IMG/VR virus record: IMGVR_UViG_3300045988_078457
Span: 1-16,595 of that record
Length of the DNA: 16,595 bases
Strand: one strand, 5' to 3'
Source: a virus
Each line of letters begins with the position of its first letter. The stretch's first letter is position 1. The position numbers were made by a program, and so were the translations under genes. Shown piece after piece: positions 7,671 to 16,335 of the stretch. Below the pieces are notes generated by a model. That model saw nothing but the letters and a program-made list of their open reading frames with translations. It was not told the DNA's origin and did not search any database.

Positions 7671-10600
7671 AAATATTAAATTATTTATTGCAGGAAAAGA
7701 AGTACATTGTTCTGAAGGCATATCATTACCAATGACTTATACTGTAGAAGATTTTCAGAATCCAACAATAGTAAAAAATTCATTCAGTAAGACTATAAGC
7801 ATTCCAGGAGACAAAAATAATAATAAGATTTTTGGAGAGATTTATAAGTTAGATAGATTTCTCCATATAAAAGAAGGTAATTTCTCTGGAGTATATTTTG
7901 ATCCTTCAAAACGAGTTGATTTTGGAATTTATAATAATGGCTATTTAGTTGAATCTGGATATATGCAATTAAATAGCATATCTATAAAACAAGCTGTCAT
8001 TACTTATAATATTACTTTATATGGAGGATTAGGAGATTTCTTCTATGGACTTAAATATAAAGAAGATGGTACTATTAGGACTCTTGCTGATTTACAATAC
8101 TTTGTAACTGATGAAGATGGGAATACACTTCCTGCTGATACTGAACTTAATTTTTATATTAACAAAGATTTTGTAAATACTTGTTTTGACTGAAGTAAAA
8201 CGAATGAAGGAAGTCAAATATATGATTATTTGACATTTATTCCAGCATATAATGGTTTATATGAAGATTTTGATAATGAAAGTTGTTTAATAAATACTAA
8301 TGAAAATAGTATATTTCCTACTAGTAAGACAGATTCAGGAGTTACATATACACCTTATAATGGATATGGATTAGCTAAATTAAATAGAGCATATACAGAA
8401 TGGGAGATGAGAGATCTTAGAAGTTATATGCAGAGACCAGCTTTAAAATTGAGTAAGTTAATTGAAACTATCTGTAGAAAAGAGAATTCTGGATATGATG
8501 TAGTATTTGATCCTTCATTTTTTAATTGAAATAATCCGTATTGAAGTAAATCCTTTGTAGCTTTACCTTTATTATCTAATCTAGTAAGTGACGAAGCAGA
8601 TGTAACAGAATCTGGCTTTTTAGTAGAAGATAGTAAATATAATTATCAGGTAGGTATAAATAAAGGAGAATCTACATCAAGTCCTTTAAAATTATCCATT
8701 ACATCACCTGATATTGTTTATGATTCTGGAATAATTGATTTAAGTGAGGCTGGATTTAGAAAAAGTCTTTCTACAACTTTTTATTTTAAGTTAAAGTTTA
8801 ATCGAACTGCAGGAAATGTTGGGGATAGATATTTTTTTGGATTTAGAAGATATTTTAGCTCCTCTGCTCCTCCTTTTTATTCAGCATATAGAGGGTATGC
8901 TGATGTTTGGCTAACAATTACTAATGAAGTAGATGATATTATTTATACTTCTGAAATACATAGATTTACAAATTCAGGAACCTACTCACATCCTATAGCT
9001 AATGGGGTTAATCATTTTGGTTATTTTCAAAATAATGTATTTTATGATACTTCTTCATTAACTAATGATTTTGTTATTAATATTACAGATTTTAAAATTC
9101 CAATTAATAAAATTAAAATTAAACTTAATGTTGTATGATCTACTGGAAATAGTGTTAGACCTACTGGATTATTAAGTGAAGTAATAGAAAGAGGAGAGGA
9201 TTACCAAGCTATTCCAAAAGGAGATCTTATAGTAGATCTTACTTCTCCCATTGAAATTACTACTTCTACAGAGGTACTTCAAAGTAATGCATTATTAACT
9301 AAAAAATTATTATTAAAAACAGAACAATCTCCTGCTGATTACTTATTGAGTTATGCAAAACTATTTGGGTTATATTTTACAAAAGATATTGATAGTAAAA
9401 CAATTAGAATATATACTAGAAATAATTTCTTTAAGAATATAATCTCTGATTGGAGTAAGAGAATAGATTATTCTAAAGATTTCAATGTAAATCCAATATT
9501 ATTTGATAAGAAGTGATATAGAATGAGTTCTGAAGGTCCAGAAACTTATTTTTATAAAAAATACAATAAGGAATATTCTATATTATATGGTCAACAAAGA
9601 TTAAATACTGGTTATAATTTTAATTCTGAAACAACTGAACTGTATAGTGATAATATATATGAAAATATAGTTTCTGCAAGATGGAGAAATAAATATTTTA
9701 GAAATTTTTACAATTCTTCTTCCCTTGTAGTTCCTGCATTTATGAATGATAATATTACCTATACATTATTTAATAATAGCACTACTGAACTTAAGACTAT
9801 AGATCAAGAGTTATACGGAGCTAATTTTATAGATCCCTCTAAAACCACAGAATGATATAAAATCGCAGGTAATGATATATTTGCCAAAAATGTATTTTTC
9901 TCAATTGATGGTAATGAGGAATCTTTAGAGGATATCTCTCAATCCCTAGTATTCTTTAACGGTAATGTTCCTTTAACTGATGTAAAAGGAAATGAAGTAA
10001 CATATTGAATTACAGATGATCTTACAGAAATGAACATATTAAATGATCAGGAAATGTGTTATATATCTACTAAAAGTGAGAAAGATATTAGTGGGAATAA
10101 AATTGCTATAAAGAGAACTGTATTACCTCAATTTACAAGGTATACCGTTTCGTCCTCTAATGTTACTGCTTCTTGAGATTTTGGATTACCACAAGAGATT
10201 TATATTGATGATATAACTTATAATATCGGAAGTACTATTTATAGTAGATTCTGAAGTGAATTTTATAATGATCAATTTGATGTTAATACTAAGAAAGTTA
10301 CTTGTTTTGTAAGATTGGATGATTTAGATGTTAAGTATGATTTACTTAGACAGTTCTATTATTTTGAAGATTCTTACTGGATACTTAATAAGATTGATGC
10401 TTATGATATTAATTCAGATTCTACAGTTAGATGCGAATTTATTAAAGTTCAAGATATTAATAGTTATTTAGCTGGAGTTCAAAATCTAGGTGAATATATA
10501 TCATTTGATGATTCAGATCCAGTTGTAGATTATAAAGCTGGAACTAAAAAGATTACAGTTACTTCTAATATTCCTTGGGAATTAGGATGATATAGTCCAA

Positions 10601-11022
10601 ATGAAATTGTAAGCGTTACACCTGAATCTGGGCAACCTGGAGAAACAGAATTAACAGTTACATATAATGAGAATACTACATATGACCAAAGGAGTTTCTA
10701 TTTTAGTCTTTATAAACAAGGAAGTATAAATGGCCCTCAATGTATGTTTACTCAAACTCCAGACCCAAATAAAGCTATTCTTATTACAGGAAAGCTTCAA
10801 ACTTCTACTGGAGGTATTCCTTCTGGCGTTAATCAGATTCTAACTGAAAATGATAATTTCTTAAATGTCACTTATATGAGAGATGATGGAAGTTATAGAA
10901 TATATGCTCAAAATGGAGTTCAGTTTAAATTTGAGGTGGCTGATGGACCAACAGGAACAGTTAAATATACAGAGAATTTAACACTAACAGAAGATACTGT
11001 TAAAAACGTAACTATAAACTAA
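7663..11022 (+). CDS. Very large tail-tip / receptor-binding-class structural protein (1119 aa) with a C-terminal BACON/Ig-like module; ten in-frame TGA
   Basis: Track ORFs 7624..8193, 8230..8529, 9523..9855, 10315..10590 and 10744..11022 all share one frame. I translated every gap by hand and found only TGA (8191, 8527, 8542, 9136, 9514, 9853, 10006, 10174, 10252, 10588). The likely start is ATG 7663 ([14 protein letters not shown]..). The BACON-like module is ITVTSNIPWELGWYSPNEIVSVTPESGQPGETELTVTYNENTTYDQRSFYFSL. TAA stop. Confidence 0.75.
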
Positions 11023-11023
11023 T

Positions 11024-13357
11024 ATGGCTGAAGAAATTAAAAAAGTAATTAGTGTAGATACTAAAACCAGTTCAAAGTCGATCAAGCAGCTACGAGAAGA
11101 AGTAGCTGGCTTGACGGCTGAACTTGAAGATCTTGAGATTGGTAGTACTGACTATACTAAAAAGCTTGAAGAACTTGTTAATGTTCAAAATAAGTTAGGT
11201 GTTGCTACAGAATCTATGCAAGGTAAAACTGTAAATGCAGTTAAGGCGTTTGACAGTATCAATCAAGTAGCAGGAGGTTTAGCTGGAGGAGTTTCAGCTG
11301 TTAGTGCAGCATTCACTTTATTTGGAAAAGATACAGAGAATCTTCAAAAAACTATGGTTAAATTGCAAGCAGCAATTGCCATAGTTCAGGGAATTGGAGG
11401 ATTAAAAGGTTTAGGTGAAGGTATTCTTAATGGAGTAAAATCATTTAAAGCCTTATCTGTGGCAATGGGTGGTGCTACAGCTGCAACTGGAGGATTATCT
11501 GTGGCAATGGGTGTGCTACGGTCTGCAATTATATCTACAGGAATTGGAGCTTTAGTTGTAGCTCTTGGTATGCTCGTAGATTTTGCAATTAAAGCAGCAT
11601 CAGGAATGGATGATTTAAAAATTAGTATTTCTGGTTTAAAAGATATAACTGATCAATGAGGAACAAGCTATGCCAGAACTAATACTGAAATTGCAGGATT
11701 GGAGAGACAAAGAGAGAGAGATTTAGCTGCTGGTAAAAAAAATGAAATACAAATTTGGAAAGATTATGCTGAAGCATTAGGAGATTTAGATGCTGAATTA
11801 TTTCAACAATTTGGTAGTGTAACTAAAGCATATTCTGATTCATTTACTAATATACTTAAAAGTAATAAATACTTCAAAAAAGAATTTAAGAAATCTGGAT
11901 ATGAAACTTGGGAAGATTATTCCGAAGCAATACAATGAGGATTAAAGAATAGTTCTAATGAAGTTGATTTCTTTTTAAGTAAGTTAAATGAGGATCAAAA
12001 AGCAGCTTATGATGAAGCTTCTGGTATTTATAATACATATCTTGAGAAGCGAAATGATTTAATGCAAAAATCTGCTGAAGCTTATGAAAAAGTTAAGTTA
12101 ATGGAGATTGCTGCAGAACGTAAGCAGAGAGAAGATGCTAAAGCCCAGTATCTAAAGAATATAGAAGATAGAAAGAAACATAATCAAGATCTGCTTAAAG
12201 TTATTAACGATTTCTATGAAGAAAATAGGAAACTTCTTTTAGATGATGAAGCAAGAGAACTTGATGAATTAAATAGAAACTACCAGAATCAATTAGATGC
12301 ACTTAAAGAAGCCTACAATCTCAAATTAATAACAGTTAAAGAATATAATGAGAGATTAAAGCAGGTAAATGATGCATATAATAAAGAGTGACTAGATAAT
12401 AATAATGAACGTTATAGGGAAGACTTAGAAAATAGATTGTCTGCATTACAAGAAATGCAGGATAGGGAATCTCAATTATTTGCAAATAAAGAGGCTGCAT
12501 TATCTGCAGGTAAATCTGGAAGTTATGAAACTAGAGTTCAACAATTTGGTTCAACTGATTTCTATCAATCTAGAGAAGATGTTCAAAGACAATATCAAGA
12601 TACATTAGCTTATAATGAACAGTTATATAATCTTACCAAAGATAGAATTACAAGAGAGAATGAATTGATGTCTCAACAGCAAGCTATCTTAGATGAGCAA
12701 TATAACAATAAGCTGATAACTGAACAAGAATATGCTAATCAATCTCAAGCAATCAAATTACAGCAAGAAGCTAATGATATAGCTTTATCAGAAGCAGCTA
12801 ATGCAAGAGAAGAAGCAGATCTTCAAGCATTTAAAGATAGACAAGCTAAAAAGCAACAGGCTATTCAAGCTACTATGAATGTAGCTTCTTCTTTAAGTGG
12901 AGCTTTAGCTAATGTATTTAAACAAGAAGCTAGTGATGACAAGAAGAGTGAGAAACAGAGGGAGAAATCATTTAAAGTTTATAAAGCATTAGCTACTACT
13001 CAAGCTATTATTGATACTATCAGTTCTGCCCAAGGTGCATATAAAGCTATGGTAGGTATTCCGATTGTAGGTCCTATCCTTGCTCCTATTGCTGCTGCTA
13101 CTGCTGTTATAGCTGGTATTGCTAATGTAAAAGCTATCCAGAATGAACAATTACCTTCATCTGGAGGTTCTGGAAGTGATGCAGGAACTACTGCTCCTGT
13201 TGCTTTAAATACTGCTCCTGTAGAATATACTCGAAACTTACTTGGCAATAAAGAGACTGATGAATTGAATCAACCTGTTAAATGTTATGTAGTTGAGAGT
13301 GATATTACTAACGCTCAAACTAAAGTTGCAGTTACAGAATCAAATGCAAGTTTCTAA
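11024..13357 (+). CDS. Tape measure protein candidate (777 aa); three in-frame TGA
   Basis: Track ORFs 11024..11659, 11699..11938, 12062..12391 and 12437..13357 share a frame and are joined through TGA 11657, 11936 and 12389. Long Glu/Lys/Gln-rich coiled-coil stretches are flanked by Gly/Ala-rich hydrophobic blocks (GGLAGGVSAVSAAFTLFG.., ..MVGIPIVGPILAPIAAATAVIAGIANV), which is typical of TMPs. An internal ejection protein is an alternative. TAA stop at 13355-13357. Confidence 0.65.
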
Positions 13358-13358
13358 A

Positions 13359-13377
13359 GTGAGTAAAATTTCTGACA
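13359..13377 (+). promoter_or_regulatory. Conserved intergenic motif, copy 2 (GTGAGTAAAATTTCTGACA)
   Basis: It starts 2 nt after the TMP stop codon. It shares (C)TAAAGTGAGTAAAA and TGACAC with copy 1 at identical spacing and is immediately followed by a long hairpin. Confidence 0.45.
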
Positions 13378-13421
13378 CACTACTATGTAAGTTGCTGATT
13401 ATCAGTGCTTATATAGTAGTG
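13378..13421 (+). terminator. Long imperfect hairpin (about 19 bp including G-U pairs) after the tape-measure gene; terminator or RNA-processing/regulatory structure
   Basis: CACTACTATGTAAGT (13378-13392) pairs with GCTTATATAGTAGTG (13407-13421). An apical CTGA/TCAG stem (13395-13398 / 13402-13405) closes a TTA loop. Downstream is only moderately T-rich (caaaatttatttatctt). Confidence 0.4.
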
Positions 13422-13455
13422 CTATGTCAAAATTTATTTATCTTAGATACAAATT

Positions 13456-13496
13456 TGAGTAAAAAACTTGACATTTGATAGTATATAAATATATAA
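13456..13496 (+). promoter_or_regulatory. Conserved motif copy 3 plus a sigma-70-like promoter for the capsid operon
   Basis: TGAGTAAAAAACTTGACA (13456-13473) gives an A-tract plus TTGACA (13468-13473). TATATA / ATATAA follows at a 16-17 nt spacing (13490-13496). It lies about 60 nt upstream of ATG 13553. Confidence 0.5.
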
Positions 13497-13552
13497 AAAT
13501 AAAAGATTGTAACAATATTACATTTTTAAAATAGCTTATATATTAATAAAAA

Positions 13553-14146
13553 ATGGAAAAAATGTATAATGATCTTCCATTATATCAAGCAATTATTGCT
13601 GATGATTGTGATGGAATAGAGTTCGTAGCATTGACCAGTAAACCTGCAACCCAAGTTAATTGGCTTGCTTTTGGGGAATCTCAGAAGTTCTCGATGGATG
13701 AAGAAAAACATATAGTTACTTCTTGTTTAATGGTATGTGATATACCTATATTTAGACGGGATAGTAAAAACGGAGAATATTATATTCAATATGATAAAGA
13801 AACTCTCCGTTTAATGGCTGAAAAAATGATGTATGATAAGAGAACTACTGATGTAAATATTGAACATTTGGAAGATTCGGTAATTCCTGGAATAATTCTT
13901 CAAGAGCTATATATTAAAGATATAGATAGAGGAATTAATCCAGTTGAATTTGCTGATTGTCCAGATGGTTCATTATTTGCTACTTATAAAGTGAATAATC
14001 CTGTTATATGGGATGCAATTAAAGCTGGCAAGTTTAAAGGATTCTCTATTGAGGGATTGTTTACTTTAGAAAGACAATCTGATGAATATGAGGAACTTAA
14101 AGAGATTCAAAAAATGTTGAGAAAAATAAAAAGAGTTAAACATTAA
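13553..14146 (+). CDS. XkdF-like putative prohead serine protease / scaffold-associated domain protein (197 aa)
   Basis: Track ORF. ..EKHIVTSCLMVCDIPIFRRDSKNGEYYIQYDKETLRLMAEKMM.. and ..YKVNNPVIWDAIKAGKFKGFSIEGLF match my recollection of the XkdF (Peptidase_S78_2) pattern. It sits directly 5' of the scaffold and capsid genes. Confidence 0.55.
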   Translation: MEKMYNDLPLYQAIIADDCDGIEFVALTSKPATQVNWLAFGESQKFSMDEEKHIVTSCLMVCDIPIFRRDSKNGEYYIQYDKETLRLMAEKMMYDKRTTDVNIEHLEDSVIPGIILQELYIKDIDRGINPVEFADCPDGSLFATYKVNNPVIWDAIKAGKFKGFSIEGLFTLERQSDEYEELKEIQKMLRKIKRVKH

Positions 14147-14152
14147 TTAATT

Positions 14153-14758
14153 ATGAGTAAATTCACAAAAATTAAACTTGAGTTAGCTAAGATGCTTGCA
14201 AAGTTCAGTGATGTTAAAACTGACAAGGCTGTGCTTACTTGGGATTCAGATGAGGATCTGAGAGAAGGTATGGATGTTTATGTAGCTGATGAAAATGGCG
14301 AATATGCACCTGCTGCTGATGGTGAGTATGTTACCGAAGATGGCAAAACGATTGTTGTTAAAGACGGTAAAGTAGAGTCCATTACTGATCCTAAAGCTGA
14401 AGTTGATCCAGAAGAGGGTATGAGAACTGTTGAGGTTGATGCTGCTTGTGGAACTAAGAGAGTAAAAGCTGAGGAAGTTGCTGATCCTGCTGTTGAAACA
14501 GACGGTGTTAAAGAAACTGAGACTGATGCAATCGACGCTATTCATCGCGAAATTAATGAGCTTTACGATATTGTAGATAAGCTTGTTAAGAAAGTAGCAG
14601 AACTTGAAGGAAAATCAGAAGCTACTGAAAAGACTGTAGAAAAAATGAGTAAGATGAGTGCTGCTTTTTCAGCAGAGGAAACACTTGAAAATAAAACAAC
14701 TGCTCCTATAAGTGGGATAGCAGAAATAGATAGAAAGCTTAAAAACTTTATTGGTTAA
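14153..14758 (+). CDS. Scaffolding protein candidate (201 aa, acidic, helical C-terminus)
   Basis: Track ORF. It is highly acidic with a coiled-coil-like C-terminal half (REINELYDIVDKLVKKVAELEGKSEATEKTVEKM) and lies between the XkdF-like gene and the capsid gene. Confidence 0.55.
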   Translation: MSKFTKIKLELAKMLAKFSDVKTDKAVLTWDSDEDLREGMDVYVADENGEYAPAADGEYVTEDGKTIVVKDGKVESITDPKAEVDPEEGMRTVEVDAACGTKRVKAEEVADPAVETDGVKETETDAIDAIHREINELYDIVDKLVKKVAELEGKSEATEKTVEKMSKMSAAFSAEETLENKTTAPISGIAEIDRKLKNFIG

Positions 14759-14779
14759 TTTATAAAATTTTAAATAATT

Positions 14780-15679
14780 ATGGCAAATAGTCCTGTAATG
14801 ACAACGCTTCCTGCTTATGTGGAGCAAAGACGTCTCCCTCTTATTAAGGAAGCTGTTTTAAAAGCTAAGAGTGCAAGTTTGTTCAATCTTCAGACAGATA
14901 TTAAAACTGATGCTGCTCTTAACCTGTTATCTACCGATATTCAGTTCGGTGATGGTCTTACTTGTGGTTGGGATGAGGCTGGAACTCAGACTCTTTCGCA
15001 GAGAATTCTTAAGACTGGTAATATTAAGATTAATATGGCATATTGCGATAAGGCTATGCTGAAATACTGGACTCAGTATGCAGTTAAGGTAGCCGCTGGT
15101 CAGAAGACGCTTCCTTTTGAAGAGGATTTCGTAAATGCTGTTGTAGAGAATGTAAAAGAGGCTATTGAGGTAGCTATCTGGCAGGGTGATACGACTTCAG
15201 ATACTAATAACTTAAAGTATTTTGATGGTCTGCTTAAGATTCTTGCTGCTGATGCTGGTACTGTAGAAATTGCTGGAGCATCTGCTTATACTGACATTAT
15301 GGCAGTTTATAATGCAATTCCTGAGAAGGTTCTTGATGGTGCTTCTATTCTTGTTGGTGCTGATATGTTCCGTAAGTTCGTAAATGAACTTGTTGAGAAG
15401 AACTATTTCCACTATAGCGGAGAGAGCCTTGATGGTGAGATTTATCTTCCTGGTTCACAGGTTAAGGTTATTGCTGTTAATGGTCTTAATGGAACTGGTA
15501 AGATTGTTGCTGGTCAGTTAGACAAGAACTTCTTCTATGGTGTAGATATGATGAACGACGAAGAGAAATTCGAATTGTGGTATTCACAGGATTTCCGCGA
15601 GTTCAGATTAGCTATTGAATTTAACGCTGGTGTACAAGTTGCTTTCCCTAACGAAGTAGTATTAGGTGCCAAGGCTTAA
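14780..15679 (+). CDS. Major capsid protein candidate (299 aa)
   Basis: Track ORF. The call rests on position after the protease/scaffold genes, its size, and strongly biased codons (T-ending GGT/GCT/CTT/GTT) with locally higher G+C, consistent with the most highly expressed gene. Confidence 0.7.
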   Translation: MANSPVMTTLPAYVEQRRLPLIKEAVLKAKSASLFNLQTDIKTDAALNLLSTDIQFGDGLTCGWDEAGTQTLSQRILKTGNIKINMAYCDKAMLKYWTQYAVKVAAGQKTLPFEEDFVNAVVENVKEAIEVAIWQGDTTSDTNNLKYFDGLLKILAADAGTVEIAGASAYTDIMAVYNAIPEKVLDGASILVGADMFRKFVNELVEKNYFHYSGESLDGEIYLPGSQVKVIAVNGLNGTGKIVAGQLDKNFFYGVDMMNDEEKFELWYSQDFREFRLAIEFNAGVQVAFPNEVVLGAKA

Positions 15680-15719
15680 TTTCAATAGATTTTATTAACT
15701 TCTAAATGATATTGAAATT

Positions 15720-16244
15720 ATGGCTTGTTTAATAACTATCGCAGGAATCACACTTGATTGCCAACCTTCGTTAGGTGGTATCAAACAGGTTTGGATTACC
15801 CAGTATGCAGATGTTAAAAGTGTAACGGTTGATCCTGAGAGCAATATGATTTCAGCTATTACTCTTGAGTCTTCAGCTAAATGGTATAACTACCAATTTA
15901 GAAAGGCTACTGGTTCTCTAACCTCAACTTTAAATGTAGATGAAAGTGCTGGTGTTAATTATGTAAGTAATGAGCTTGCTCTTGTATTTACAAAGATGGA
16001 AACAGCAAAACGAGTAGAGATTGCAGCTTTATCTATTGGACAGCTTGCAGTTGTTGTTGAAGATAGCAATGGTAAGTATTGGTTCTTAGGTAAAGATGAT
16101 TATGTAAGCGCTTCCGCTGGTACGGGTGTTACTGGTACTGCTAAAGGTGATCAGAATGCTTATACTCTGACACTTTCAACAGATTCAGATTCTTATCCTT
16201 ATGAGTTATCTGCAGAAGCTATCCAAAGCGTTGTAGGTGCTTAA
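15720..16244 (+). CDS. Major tail (tube) protein candidate (174 aa)
   Basis: Track ORF. The pattern GGIKQVWIT..AKWYNYQFRKATGSLTS..ELALVFTKME..RVEIAAL..LAVVVEDSNGKYWFLGKD..GTGVTGTAKGDQNAYTLTL resembles siphovirus tail-tube families. It shares the capsid operon's codon bias. A head-tail connector or decoration protein is not excluded. Confidence 0.4.
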   Translation: MACLITIAGITLDCQPSLGGIKQVWITQYADVKSVTVDPESNMISAITLESSAKWYNYQFRKATGSLTSTLNVDESAGVNYVSNELALVFTKMETAKRVEIAALSIGQLAVVVEDSNGKYWFLGKDDYVSASAGTGVTGTAKGDQNAYTLTLSTDSDSYPYELSAEAIQSVVGA

Positions 16245-16254
16245 TAACAGAAAG

Positions 16255-16292
16255 AGGGGCGAGTATTAATTTACTTGCCCCTTATTTTGTTT
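16255..16292 (+). terminator. Rho-independent terminator closing the capsid operon
   Basis: AGGGGCGAGTA (16255-16265), loop TTAATT, TACTTGCCCCT (16272-16282). The stem is 11 bp with one G-U pair and is followed by TATTTTGTTT. Confidence 0.8.
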
Positions 16293-16335
16293 ATATAACA
16301 CATAATGAATAATTTATATTTTATAGAAAAATAAT

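Noticed and set aside
7186-7672. The HNH ORF might reside in a group I intron, or be an intein, splitting one giant tail gene.
   Set aside because: The upstream gene ends in TAA 2 nt before the HNH ATG and the downstream gene overlaps its end, leaving no room for intron core structure. The three ORFs do not share one continuous frame, so an intein does not fit either.
298-13357. The fragmented ORFs could be pseudogenes in a decaying prophage.
   Set aside because: Every interruption is TGA, never TAA or TAG, and no frameshifts separate the fragments. Frames stay intact over up to 3.3 kb, and TGAs fall on family-conserved Trp positions. Random decay would not produce this pattern.
13293-13478. 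+ strand track ORFs 13293..13478 and 14871..15062.
   Set aside because: The first runs out of frame over the TMP 3' end and across the intergenic hairpin and motif. The second is an alternate frame inside the capsid gene. Both have implausible Leu/Ile/Cys-rich sequences.
13358-13552. A suppressor tRNA, or any tRNA, might lie in the intergenic gaps (also 4404-4525, 16245-16335 and 1-58).
   Set aside because: I found no GTTCRANYC-type T-loop, no cloverleaf-compatible arms and no CTTCAAA anticodon-loop context. The hairpin at 13378-13421 is a single long stem, not a tRNA. A UGA-decoding tRNA, if it exists, is outside this window.
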